DNA of 64,000 bases from Patescibacteria group bacterium. Lineage in GTDB: Bacteria > Patescibacteriota > Patescibacteriia > 2-02-FULL-49-11. The stretch lies in the NCBI GenBank assembly GCA_041645165.1, contig JBAZQN010000008.1, positions 2,374-66,373 on the forward strand. The letters are read 5' to 3'. Of this stretch, positions 1-8,720 are shown piece after piece. The notes under the pieces are model-generated. The model saw only the letters and a list, made by a program, of their open reading frames with translations, searched no databases and was not told where the DNA came from. A program made the position numbers and the translations under genes. How positions within the stretch are numbered: position 1 is the first letter of the stretch; every line of letters begins with the position of its first letter.

Positions 1-896
1 TCTGGACGCTAAAATGGAAGGCGATAAAAGATGTGCGAAAAGGAGATTATCTGACCATTCCCATACCGCAAGGGACTATGAAACGCACCTCAATCACTTT
101 TCCTATAAAAATGAAAGGTGCCAGAAAAGGAACAATCAAAACGTTGAACAAAACGGTTGCACTCACGCCTGAATTTGTCAGGCTCATCGGATACTATTTG
201 GCAGAAGGCTCGGTTGACCGCGGTTTTTACACAAGTTTTTCGTTTAGCATATATGAAACAAACCTTGTACACGACGTCGAATATTGCCTCAAAGAAGTAT
301 TCGGCATTCGTAAAACATACAAGCCGGTTCATAAAACAAACCATGGCATATCAGTAGTTGTTTCGAGCGCAGAAGTGTCGCGCATATTTGCATATTTCGG
401 CAAGGGCGCACAGAATAAGAAACTTCCTTCATGGGCAATCATTCTGCCCCATCGTCTCCAACAGCAGTTGATTACCGCGTATTTCCGCGGAGACGGCAAT
501 TATTATAATAGAAAAAATAAGCATGGACAGAAGGAAATCTGTCGATTCAGCACTATTTCGGAAACGTTGGCATATCAGGTTCGCGATATTTTGCTGCGTC
601 TTGGCATTGTTGCTACAATAAACGCTCGAAAGCGCGCGCATGAGCAAGGGCGGCATACTATGTATACCGTCGGCATAGGAGGTGCATATCTGAAACAGTT
701 TGGGGAAATAGTGGGCTTGCCGCTCAGCTGCTTCATGTACGGTAAAAATCGCGCCAGTCTCTTCGGCAACAATGAGCTCTATGCATTCGTCCCCGTAAAA
801 AATATTAAGAGGAGAATCGTTAGGAAATTTCCTGTTTTTAATTTTAGCGTAAAAAATTTCGAGAGCTATGCTGCAAGCGGCATTGTAGTACATAAT
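1..896 (+). mobile_element. Intein, partial (HINT plus LAGLIDADG endonuclease), inside sufB.
   Basis: Two LAGLIDADG motifs are present. The segment ends ...GIVVHN followed by Cys, then SufB extein sequence resumes. The N-terminal splice junction lies upstream of the window. Confidence 0.7.
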
Positions 897-1604
897 TGCA
901 CCGCGCCAATTTATACCGCCGACTCCCTTCACGCCGCAGTCGTAGAAATCATCGTCAAGCCTCACGCGCGCGTGCGCTACACCACGATACAAAATTGGAG
1001 TAATAATGTGTATAACCTGGTTACCAAGCGGATGCGTGTTGAAGAAAATGCCGTGGGTGAATGGCTCGACTGCAATTTAGGATCAAAGGTTACTATGAAA
1101 TACCCCAGCTGCTTCCTTGTAGGGCCGCATGCCCACGGGGAAATACTCTCGCTCGCAGTCGCGGGAGAGGCGCAGCATCAGGATGCGGGGGGAAAAATGA
1201 TCCATTGTGCGCCTGACACCACCAGCACGATCATATCAAAATCAGTGAGCCAATCTGGCGGCAGAACTTCGTACCGGGGACTGGTGAGGATTAAAAAGGG
1301 CGCATTGCGCGCACGGTCGAAGGTGGTTTGCGACGCGCTAATTGTTGATGAGCGTTCCAGGTCCGATACGTACCCTAATATGGTTATTGATGAACGCGAG
1401 GTAACCGTCGAGCACGAGGCAAGCGTGTCTAAAATAGGTGAAGAGCAATTGTTTTACCTTCAATCGCGCGGTCTTGACAAGACGGCCGCGGAAGCCATGA
1501 TTGTCAACGGCTTTATTGAACCTGTGGTAAAAGAGCTCCCCATGGAGTACGCCGTTGAGATGAATCGCCTTATTGCGCAGCAAATGGACGGGTCTGTAGG
1601 ATAA
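1..1604 (+). CDS. sufB: Fe-S cluster assembly protein SufB, 5'-truncated by the window edge. It carries an intein with a LAGLIDADG homing-endonuclease domain.
   Basis: The reading frame is open from nt 3. Residues downstream of ...VVHN|C match the SufB C-terminal domain (GEAQHQDAGGKMIHCAPDTTSTIISKS, CDALIVDERSRSDTYP, FYLQSRGL, EPVVKELPMEYAVEMNRL). The upstream part has LAGLIDADG-type blocks (LIGYYLAEGSVD, LITAYFRGDGNYY). The intein C-terminal HN lies at nt 891-896, followed by the +1 Cys at 897-899. Confidence 0.8.
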   Translation, partial: WTLKWKAIKDVRKGDYLTIPIPQGTMKRTSITFPIKMKGARKGTIKTLNKTVALTPEFVRLIGYYLAEGSVDRGFYTSFSFSIYETNLVHDVEYCLKEVFGIRKTYKPVHKTNHGISVVVSSAEVSRIFAYFGKGAQNKKLPSWAIILPHRLQQQLITAYFRGDGNYYNRKNKHGQKEICRFSTISETLAYQVRDILLRLGIVATINARKRAHEQGRHTMYTVGIGGAYLKQFGEIVGLPLSCFMYGKNRASLFGNNELYAFVPVKNIKRRIVRKFPVFNFSVKNFESYAASGIVVHNCTAPIYTADSLHAAVVEIIVKPHARVRYTTIQNWSNNVYNLVTKRMRVEENAVGEWLDCNLGSKVTMKYPSCFLVGPHAHGEILSLAVAGEAQHQDAGGKMIHCAPDTTSTIISKSVSQSGGRTSYRGLVRIKKGALRARSKVVCDALIVDERSRSDTYPNMVIDEREVTVEHEASVSKIGEEQLFYLQSRGLDKTAAEAMIVNGFIEPVVKELPMEYAVEMNRLIAQQMDGSVG

Positions 1605-1789
1605 TCCAGTGAGCAGAGAATTATCCCTATGACCTAGGTGACATAAGGGCGTTTAAAAAAATAACATTTCACTTGTCCCATAGGTTTGTCCTTATTTTGT
1701 TGACGTACGGCGTAGATGGCGGGATATGTTATTTTTTTACGGCACCTAAGCGCATATAGGCATATTATCTTCGGGAATGCTATGGCTAA

Positions 1790-2449
1790 ATGGCTACACT
1801 GTTATATTGTTACTGTGATTGTATGAACCAGGCATTAACATATATTCATCTTACAGAAATTCAAGATGAGCTCACTATTACTGTGCCAGCATATAACAGG
1901 GCATATATTCTTATTTATGGCTTTTGCGATGGTATAAAAAAATTAAGAGTAAATGTGGCGCATGAGGGGGCATACGCATGCATCCTAGGCATGATAATTG
2001 GGCTACGCGGCACTTGCGGCATTTCCACTTTCCAGAATCATAGCGCACCGCATACCACCAGCGATCTTTTGGTAAAAACCATATTATTGGATAATGCCGC
2101 GTTTAATTATGAAGGGACAATACGCATTGAAAAAGCTGCACAAGGGTCGAATGCGTATCAAAGAAATGAAAATATAATGATCAGCCCTTCCGCGCGCGTA
2201 ACTACGCGGCCGTATTTGGAAATTTTGGCTAATGACGTGCGTTGCACCCATGGCGCGACGGTCGGCACTTTTGGAGAGGAAGAATATTTTTATCTGGGAT
2301 CAAGGGGTATTGCGCAGAGGCAAGCCACTTTACTTCTGGCGCAAGGATTTCTGCAAAGTATCATACAGAAGATACCCGAAGAGCTTATTACTGATCGCAT
2401 GAAAACGATAATTAAAGAGCAATTAGCCGTCTTTCAGTATGCCCCGTAA
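1790..2449 (+). CDS. sufD: SufD-like protein (SufBD-family C-terminal domain only; short).
   Basis: Shows SufBD C-terminal signature similarity (TRPYLEILANDVRCTHGATVGTFGEEEYFYLGSRGI...QGFL). Only about 219 aa, so the N-terminal half of a canonical SufD appears missing or the start is mis-set. Confidence 0.55.
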   Translation: MATLLYCYCDCMNQALTYIHLTEIQDELTITVPAYNRAYILIYGFCDGIKKLRVNVAHEGAYACILGMIIGLRGTCGISTFQNHSAPHTTSDLLVKTILLDNAAFNYEGTIRIEKAAQGSNAYQRNENIMISPSARVTTRPYLEILANDVRCTHGATVGTFGEEEYFYLGSRGIAQRQATLLLAQGFLQSIIQKIPEELITDRMKTIIKEQLAVFQYAP

Positions 2450-2638
2450 TACAACATCCAAGAGGGAAGCAAGACCTAAATTTATTGAGAGGTGATTATG
2501 GGGGTGTATAAAGATGTCATGTAAGAATGGTTTAAAGCAGGCTTCCCTAACCGATCGCCACACCCACGATAAACCTTGATATGCATTATTCTATGCCAGT
2601 CGCATTCATTTACCATAATCATCTAACGTCCTCCGTGT

Positions 2639-3934
2639 GTGGCGTTGGATGTTGATATACGGGGTATGAATAATATACTGAGTGATTTTCCGATATTAAA
2701 ACGCACCGTCCATGGGAAACGGCTCGTGTATCTGGATAATGCCGCGAGCACCCAAAAACCTCACGCCGTTATTGATGCGCTTAGCTTTTTTTACGAACAT
2801 ACAAACGCGAACATCCATCGCGGTATCCACACCTTGGCGGAGGAAGCGACCAGGCAATATGAAAAAACAAGGGATGAGGTGGCGCAGTTTTTTGGCGCTT
2901 CCAGCCGCGATGAAATTATTTTTACCAGAAATACCACGGAAGCGCTCAATCTAATAGCGTTTGCGTATGGGCGCACATTCTTGAAGTCGGGTGACGAGAT
3001 AATTGTGTCTATTGCGGAGCATCATGCCAATTTTGTCCCATGGCAGCAATTAGCGCACGAAACTGGCGCAGTCGTGAAAGTGATTGATATTGATAAGGAA
3101 GGGAGGTTATGCATCCATAGCACGAAGAACAAGGAACAAGGAACAAGGAACAAGAGAGAAGTCGAAATCGGTTGTTTAGAATCGTTAATAACAAATCGTA
3201 CGCGCCTTATCGCGCTTTCGCACGCGTCGAACGTTCTGGGGACGCTCCATGATATTGCGGCCGTGGTGGCGCTTGCAAGGCCTCGCGGCATTATCGTTGC
3301 CGTGGATGGCGCGCAAGCAGCGCCTCATATGGAAATAAACGTTAAAAAGCTGGGTGTGGATTTTTATGCCTGCTCTTCGCATAAAATGCTCGGGCCCTTA
3401 GGTGTCGGCGTATTATATGGGCGGAGGGAAATATTGAAGAAATGCCCGCCGTTCCTTACTGGCGGTAATATGATTAAACGAGTAACTCTTGAAAAAACCG
3501 AATGGAATGATCTGCCGTGGAAATTTGAGGCGGGAACCCCGGATATCGCGGGTGTAGTCGCTTTTGGGGCCGCATTGGAATATATCCGCAAGGTGGGATG
3601 GGGGGTCATTGTCCAACATGAGCAGGAATTAGGCGCATACGCGCTCGCACAACTCACACGGCTGCCCGGTCTTACGCTTTATGGCCCGCATTCAATGGAA
3701 CAGCGGTTTGCAGTATTCTCTTTCAATCTTAAGGATATACATGCGCATGACCTAGCCACCATCCTCGACGAGGAAGGCATAGCGATACGTTCAGGGTCAC
3801 ATTGCGCGCATCCCTTGATGGAACGCTTGGGTACTGGTGCGGTGGCACGGGCTAGTTTTTATATTTATAATACTAAAGAAGACGTTGATGCCCTCATCCT
3901 AGGTCTTAAGAAGGCTCAGCAGTTGTTGGGTTGA
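2639..3934 (+). CDS. sufS: Cysteine desulfurase SufS (class V aminotransferase).
   Basis: Motifs HRGIHTLAEEAT, SSHKMLGPLGVGVLYGRRE (PLP-binding Lys) and RSGSHCAHPL (catalytic Cys loop). Located in the suf operon. Confidence 0.85.
   Translation: MALDVDIRGMNNILSDFPILKRTVHGKRLVYLDNAASTQKPHAVIDALSFFYEHTNANIHRGIHTLAEEATRQYEKTRDEVAQFFGASSRDEIIFTRNTTEALNLIAFAYGRTFLKSGDEIIVSIAEHHANFVPWQQLAHETGAVVKVIDIDKEGRLCIHSTKNKEQGTRNKREVEIGCLESLITNRTRLIALSHASNVLGTLHDIAAVVALARPRGIIVAVDGAQAAPHMEINVKKLGVDFYACSSHKMLGPLGVGVLYGRREILKKCPPFLTGGNMIKRVTLEKTEWNDLPWKFEAGTPDIAGVVAFGAALEYIRKVGWGVIVQHEQELGAYALAQLTRLPGLTLYGPHSMEQRFAVFSFNLKDIHAHDLATILDEEGIAIRSGSHCAHPLMERLGTGAVARASFYIYNTKEDVDALILGLKKAQQLLG
3137..3164. repeat. (GAACAAG)x4 heptanucleotide microsatellite inside the sufS CDS.
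   Basis: Direct reading: gaacaaggaacaaggaacaaggaacaag. Encodes NKEQGTRNKEQ in a surface-loop region absent from typical SufS. Confidence 0.9.
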
Positions 3935-3980
3935 TCATTATTCGTAATTAAATTAATATTTATCAACTTGGACAATAAAT

Positions 3981-4760
3981 ATGACAGAAACTAGCAAATT
4001 TGAAAAACTTGGAAAATTAAGCCATAGCGACAGGCAAACGGCTCATTTTGATGGAGAGAAAGTTCAACATTATGAAGAAGTGTACGATTACCGCTCTAAA
4101 ACCTTTAAATGGATGATTGAAATCATTCTACCTTTGTTAAAAAATACTAAATCCATCCTTGATATAGGTACTGGCACTGGTGATTTGGTGAGAGCTATTA
4201 AGACAGAAGGTACTGTTACCGGTTTAGATATTTCTAATGATATGCTAAAAGTAGCAAAAGAAAAAAATCAAGATGGATGTTTTGTGCAAGGAGATGCTTA
4301 TAAATTACCTTTTAATGATAAAACATATGATGCGGTAACCTATAAATATGCCTTGCACCACCTTGATCAGCCCATCAAGGCTCTTACCGAGGCGTTTAGA
4401 GTATTAAAAGATAATGGCTGCATTATTATTGCTGATGTAGCGTCATTTAAAGAGGAAGTCAATCATTTAATTTTTAACAAATTAAATAGCCTTAGAGAAC
4501 CAGCAAATTATGAATATCGAACCATTAAAACTATTGAACAATTATTAAAAGTAGTTAGCTTTAATAATGTAACGGTTGTGCAAAAAGATTTTGATTTAGT
4601 ATTGGAAGATTGGCTTAATAATTTTTATAATCCTCAAGATACTATCAATCTGGTTTTGAATTCATCAGATTCCTTTAAAAATTCAATAAAATTGAAAGAA
4701 TTAAAAGATGGGAAGCATCAAATTACATTATCCTCTTTTATTATTAATGCAGTAAAATAA
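3981..4760 (+). CDS. Class I SAM-dependent methyltransferase. Low-GC (about 30-33%) insert between sufS and sufU.
   Basis: Motif I LDIGTGTGDL, an acidic motif II and Methyltransf_11-like architecture. AT content is much higher than the flanking suf genes. Confidence 0.65.
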   Translation: MTETSKFEKLGKLSHSDRQTAHFDGEKVQHYEEVYDYRSKTFKWMIEIILPLLKNTKSILDIGTGTGDLVRAIKTEGTVTGLDISNDMLKVAKEKNQDGCFVQGDAYKLPFNDKTYDAVTYKYALHHLDQPIKALTEAFRVLKDNGCIIIADVASFKEEVNHLIFNKLNSLREPANYEYRTIKTIEQLLKVVSFNNVTVVQKDFDLVLEDWLNNFYNPQDTINLVLNSSDSFKNSIKLKELKDGKHQITLSSFIINAVK

Positions 4761-4820
4761 ATAATTATATTTTGTATATTTGGATGTTTGTAGTCTATTA
4801 GAAATTACTCAACTTTTAGT

Positions 4821-5429
4821 ATGGCCTCATTATATCGTGAAGAAATTCTGGACCATTATAAGCATCCTCGCAATTTTGGCGTGCTTGATAATCCAACCGT
4901 GACAGTTGATGAAGACAATAGTACCTGCGGTGATCAAATGAAGATCGCGCTAAAGGTACATAATGGAGTGTTGGCTGGAATCCTCTGGTCAGGCAGCGGC
5001 TGTGCGCTTTCTATGGCGGGGGCTTCAATGCTCTCAGAGTATATTAAGGGTAAAAAAATGTATGATATTGAATCAATCACTGAATCTGATATACTGCAAA
5101 TGATGGGCGGAACCATTACGCAAGGGAGGATTAATTGCGCGCTTCTGTGTTTGAGGACACTTCAGAAAGGATTAAAGGTATTGCGCATAAAGCAATCGCA
5201 AAAATCTTCGCCTGTGGTGGTCAATAAAGAAATGAATATTAGCGAACTTGTTGCGCGATGGCCCGAGACTCGCATGGTCCTTTCTGAGTATAATTTGCAT
5301 TGCGTTGGATGCCATGCCTCATCTTTCGACACTCTCGAGGCAGGCGCGAAAGTGCATGGGATGAGTGAGGATGAAATTAATCAAATGATGGATGATCTTA
5401 ATCTAATTATTTCCGATAAAAAACAATAA
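4821..5429 (+). CDS. sufU: SufU/IscU-type Fe-S scaffold fused to a C-terminal DUF1858-like redox-disulfide domain.
   Basis: N-terminal LYREEILDHYKHPRNFG...CGD...GSGCALSMAGASM is the SufU/NifU signature. The C-terminal ~60 aa carries a CVGC motif typical of the DUF1858 / hybrid-cluster-protein-associated domain. Confidence 0.65.
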   Translation: MASLYREEILDHYKHPRNFGVLDNPTVTVDEDNSTCGDQMKIALKVHNGVLAGILWSGSGCALSMAGASMLSEYIKGKKMYDIESITESDILQMMGGTITQGRINCALLCLRTLQKGLKVLRIKQSQKSSPVVVNKEMNISELVARWPETRMVLSEYNLHCVGCHASSFDTLEAGAKVHGMSEDEINQMMDDLNLIISDKKQ

Positions 5430-5430
5430 T

Positions 5431-5652
5431 ATGTCTCCTATAGGAAAAATTGTGGTGGAGCGCGAACTCTGCATCGGTGCGGCGTCATGCGTCGCCATCG
5501 CGCCAGGGGTATTTGAGCTCGATAAGGATAATATCGCCATCATCAAAGATGCGAAGGGCGGCGATGATACGACTATAATGGCGGCGGCAGAATCCTGTCC
5601 CACAAAGGCAATATTCATTTACGATATTGATGGGAAACAGGTATATCCGTAA
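5431..5652 (+). CDS. Small ferredoxin (single Fe-S cluster, CxxAxxC...CP type).
   Basis: 73 aa with CIGAASC...ESCPTKAI, resembling Pyrococcus/Thermotoga-type ferredoxins. Follows sufU directly with a 1-nt gap. Confidence 0.7.
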   Translation: MSPIGKIVVERELCIGAASCVAIAPGVFELDKDNIAIIKDAKGGDDTTIMAAAESCPTKAIFIYDIDGKQVYP

Positions 5653-5674
5653 TAAGGTAAATGTAACAATAAAA

Positions 5675-5693
5675 CCCCCTCACGGGGGTTTTT
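5675..5693. terminator. Bidirectional rho-independent terminator.
   Basis: AAAACCCCCTCACGGGGGTTTTT: a 5-bp GC stem with a 4-nt loop, an A-run on one side and a T-run on the other. It sits between the convergent ferredoxin (+) gene and the pilus-operon (-) gene. Confidence 0.8.
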
Positions 5694-5707
5694 ACGTATA
5701 TGGTATT

Positions 5708-5989
5708 TTATAATGGCATAAACGGGTCACGGAGTTCTGATTCATTTACTTTGTCGTGGACGGTCAATTTGAGGAGACGCTCTTTGATAAGCGTATCCCA
5801 TAATTTCATATTGAGTCGTTCCCGGGCAACGGTCCTTTCGAGTTGCTCCACAGTTTCAACTTGAGCGATAGTAAGATAAAAATTTTTATACAAAAATATC
5901 AATGTAACAACTACAATAATCACCACTATACTAAGATAAGTTATGGGTGCAATGCGCAATATAAGTAAGGAGGGTTTATGGAGGGGCAT
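5708..5989 (-). CDS. Hypothetical single-pass membrane protein with a coiled coil (last gene of the pilus operon; possibly PilP-like).
   Basis: N-terminal hydrophobic helix (ITYLSIVVIIVVVTLIFLY) followed by a charged helical segment. Position after the pilO-like gene. Confidence 0.35.
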   Translation of the reverse strand: MPLHKPSLLILRIAPITYLSIVVIIVVVTLIFLYKNFYLTIAQVETVEQLERTVARERLNMKLWDTLIKERLLKLTVHDKVNESELRDPFMPL

Positions 5990-6001
5990 AACGATTTAAG
6001 G

Positions 6002-6676
6002 TTAAAGCGATGAAGGGCGCCAATAGGTGGCAGCAGTAAGGGAAATTTTTAATAACGGTGCGGTGGGTAAAGAGTTGTCATCGGAAGGGAAATTAATATA
6101 TGAACTGCGGGATGCATTTGCGAGGTAGATAGTAAGAACATTCACATAAGGGTGCATTGCTTCTAATTCATGCAGATATGCAATAAATTGCGCATAGGTG
6201 CCTTCTATATCAAGTCTTAGCAATACTCTTCGTGAGAGAGGTTCAGGGTCTTCTATATCAAGTCTTAGCAATACTCTTCGTGAGAGAGGTTCAGGGGGAG
6301 ATTCTTCTGTAGAAACGTTTTGCGCGGTATCGAGATTTATTATTTGCTGCACGCCTACTTCAGTTGCCGCTGCTTCAAGCGCGGTAATAAATTCAAGCTC
6401 GTTACCTAAGGTAAGGAAAGAGGAGGCTACGAGAGGGATATCCTTTTTTACATTTTCGTATTCAGTCGAGCTTGTGCGAATATTTTGGCCGCGTTGATAA
6501 AGCATTTCCAACGCTTGCCGTTGAGTATGAATGCGTTCATTTAAATTTCGAATATCACGAATGGCAGGAACTATTACTAATATGCCAATAATCGCGGCCA
6601 TAAGCGCGCTTGTCACGATAATAATTATGGGGCGTAAATGGAGCATACTCAGTATATCAACCCAGCAGGAGAGCAA
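6002..6676 (-). CDS. PilO-like type IV pilus assembly protein.
   Basis: Single N-terminal TM, then a coiled-coil region. Position downstream of pilM and the pilN-like gene. Contains an in-frame 48-bp tandem duplication. Confidence 0.5.
   Translation of the reverse strand: MLSCWVDILSMLHLRPIIIIVTSALMAAIIGILVIVPAIRDIRNLNERIHTQRQALEMLYQRGQNIRTSSTEYENVKKDIPLVASSFLTLGNELEFITALEAAATEVGVQQIINLDTAQNVSTEESPPEPLSRRVLLRLDIEDPEPLSRRVLLRLDIEGTYAQFIAYLHELEAMHPYVNVLTIYLANASRSSYINFPSDDNSLPTAPLLKISLTAATYWRPSSL
6203..6298. repeat. Perfect 48-bp tandem duplication (2 copies) inside the pilO-like CDS.
   Basis: TTCTATATCAAGTCTTAGCAATACTCTTCGTGAGAGAGGTTCAGGG(TC/GG) x2; in-frame, encoding a duplicated PEPLSRRVLLRLDIE(D/G) segment. 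Confidence 0.9.
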
Positions 6677-6791
6677 AGCACCCTACTGGGCTTTGCACCC
6701 AACACTGATAAGTGGAATAAATGGTGGTAAGTTTCAATTTAATCATGGATGCGGAGCGACTGATAAGGAGCGGTATAACTGGGCATATAAA

Positions 6792-7355
6792 TTACTCTAA
6801 AGAGGAATTCTGGAGGCGGTTTGTAAGGGATTCGGGATTAATTGTCACAGAAAATTTAAATTTAATATTTTCTTTAAGTAATAAATTTGAAAGCGGGAAT
6901 TGAATTTCCTTAATAAGGGAAGAAGCTTCGAGATTTGCTTTAAATTTAAGAAGGTCATCACGTGTTTTGCTCTTACCATCTATTTGGAGGATACGTTCGT
7001 TTCTTTGCAGATCCATAGTCACTATTTGGTTACCGCGAGGAACGAGTGAAGAAAAAGAAGCAAGCCAGTGAGACCACTCGGTATATTCTTGAGACATGTA
7101 TTCATTACTGTTTAGCTCGTCGTTTAACTCCCTAATCGCTTGCATGATTGGTTGGTTATTGCTGGCGATCACATTTGTCCTTTTCGCGGTTTCATTGAGA
7201 TCATTAGAGAGAATAGATTTGCTTATAGAAAGAAGCATGCCAATCACTGCCACTACGATGAGGGTAATGGCGGTAATATCTTTAAGCAGCAAAAAAACAT
7301 ATTCCTTGAATAATTGTTGCCGGTGCGGTTGGTCGAGAAGATTAAGGGTTATCAT
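6792..7355 (-). CDS. PilN-like type IV pilus assembly protein.
   Basis: Starts with ...LLDQPHRQQL then a TM (ITAITLIVVAVIGMLLSI), as in PilN. Sits immediately downstream of pilM. Confidence 0.55.
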   Translation of the reverse strand: MITLNLLDQPHRQQLFKEYVFLLLKDITAITLIVVAVIGMLLSISKSILSNDLNETAKRTNVIASNNQPIMQAIRELNDELNSNEYMSQEYTEWSHWLASFSSLVPRGNQIVTMDLQRNERILQIDGKSKTRDDLLKFKANLEASSLIKEIQFPLSNLLLKENIKFKFSVTINPESLTNRLQNSSLE

Positions 7356-7369
7356 AAATTAAAAGCGCA

Positions 7370-8506
7370 TTAAAATTTTTCTGCATTATTCCGCAAACCC
7401 AGGCCTATCGCGGTCGCGTACGAAAGTGCTTCATGTTTGGGAAAGCTTGAAGACTTGGAAGCAGCGTTAATATTCACAAGAGGGTTGCCTAATGCCACGG
7501 GTAGAGATAACTGTGTTCCTAAAAATGTTTCAGCCCCCGTTAATTTTGCTCCCCCGCCCGTGAGTAAAATTTTTTGCACCTTATTGCCACGGGGAAAGTG
7601 CGTCTCGTAAAAATGGAGCGCGCGTTCTATTTCTACCGCGCAATTGGTGAGCATGCCTTCGAGTACTCCCGCGACAACCCCTTTGCCTTTTTTCGCATCA
7701 AGCCCACAGATATGTTTAGCCCGTTCTGCTTCTTCAGAGGTGAGTTTTAATCGGTCCGCGATGCGTTGAGTTGCCTCAACCCCTGAAAGCGCAACGCTGG
7801 AAGTAAATTGAATCGCATTCCAGTCTACCATGATAAGGCTCGTGTGTGTCGCTCCGAGATCAACAATCAGTTGTGCTGCGGGAACGGGCGCGGTGGCAGG
7901 TACCGATTCTCTCGTATGGCGGTAAAAACGGAATAGTTTCTGTACGAACTTATTACTAGTCTTTAATTGATTATCACGAGTGAGCGGTGTTATCGCTCTT
8001 AATATGGCCTCGGCCTCAATTTCAAAGGCGATAGGTTTAAGTGAAAGTTCATTAAAAAGGGCAGTGTACGAATACACAATCACTTTAGGAACAGCTCCCA
8101 CGAGAACTAATTTATGATCTTTGAATTCTTTAACTACTTGCCAGTCAATAATAAGTTCATCAAGCGGCAGCGGGATGTGATTTGGCAATTCATTTTCTAC
8201 GCCGTTTGCGATATCAGCTTGCTCGTTTTCCAACTCAATAACTTTGATAAACGTTTTCGATTCAGGAAGGGAGGCCACGACATAGGGAGTGGTGAGGGTA
8301 GTGGATACTTTGTTGAGTATTTCGTGCAATGCACTACGCACTTGTTCTTGCTGTACAATTTCACCTTCCACTATAGCGCCTTGAGGAAAATCACATGATG
8401 CCCAGGAAGAAATTTCCCGTTCATTCCGAATATTATTTTTTATGCACACCAATTTCGCAGATAAGTCAGAAATATCAAGCCCAAATGATTGGAGTAGAGA
8501 GGTGAA
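7370..8506 (-). CDS. pilM: Type IV pilus assembly ATPase-fold protein PilM.
   Basis: Actin-like fold motifs (FGLDISDLSAKLVCI, IVDLGATHTSL, ILLTGGGAKL). The start is probably the Met before FTSLLQSFGLDIS (~8506). The ORF-track start at 8536 would run into the repeat element. Confidence 0.75.
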   Translation of the reverse strand, partial: FTSLLQSFGLDISDLSAKLVCIKNNIRNEREISSWASCDFPQGAIVEGEIVQQEQVRSALHEILNKVSTTLTTPYVVASLPESKTFIKVIELENEQADIANGVENELPNHIPLPLDELIIDWQVVKEFKDHKLVLVGAVPKVIVYSYTALFNELSLKPIAFEIEAEAILRAITPLTRDNQLKTSNKFVQKLFRFYRHTRESVPATAPVPAAQLIVDLGATHTSLIMVDWNAIQFTSSVALSGVEATQRIADRLKLTSEEAERAKHICGLDAKKGKGVVAGVLEGMLTNCAVEIERALHFYETHFPRGNKVQKILLTGGGAKLTGAETFLGTQLSLPVALGNPLVNINAASKSSSFPKHEALSYATAIGLGLRNNAEKF

Positions 8507-8523
8507 CATATTTAATTGAAAAT

Positions 8524-8720
8524 TCCAAATCCTCACCGCTCAGGCGGGATCCCGCATACCTTAGAAAAAAGAATAAATGAGCGGGACAATTTCCAATGAC
8601 CAATTAAATCCCAATCCCAAAAATCCCAATACATTTGGTCATTCATGTTTTTTGAGTATTGATTGGTCATTGGGGTTTGGACATTGGTCATTTGATATTT
8701 GGATTTCTCACTTAACTTCT
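8524..8720 (+). repeat. Composite intergenic repeat element, copy A: ~75-nt conserved core followed by a tandem-repeat palindromic arm region.
   Basis: Core TCCAAATCCTCACCGCTCAGGCGGGATCCCGCATACCTTAGAAAAAAGAATAAATGAGCGGGACAATTTCCAAT, then (AAATCCCAAT)n ... (ATTGG..TTTGGA)n complementary arms. Confidence 0.75.

Noticed and set aside
429-992. 187-aa ORF antisense to the sufB intein region, and many similar 60-190-aa antisense ORFs throughout the track (for example 25736-26404, 38691-39146, 36334-36807, 48203-48865).
   Set aside because: They lie entirely inside well-supported genes on the opposite strand, have no recognisable motifs and have odd composition. They are treated as frame-shadow ORFs.
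6198-6497. 99-aa plus-strand ORF with repeated SISSLSNTLRERGSG segments.
   Set aside because: It is the antisense reading of the 48-bp tandem duplication inside the pilO-like gene, an artefact of the repeat.
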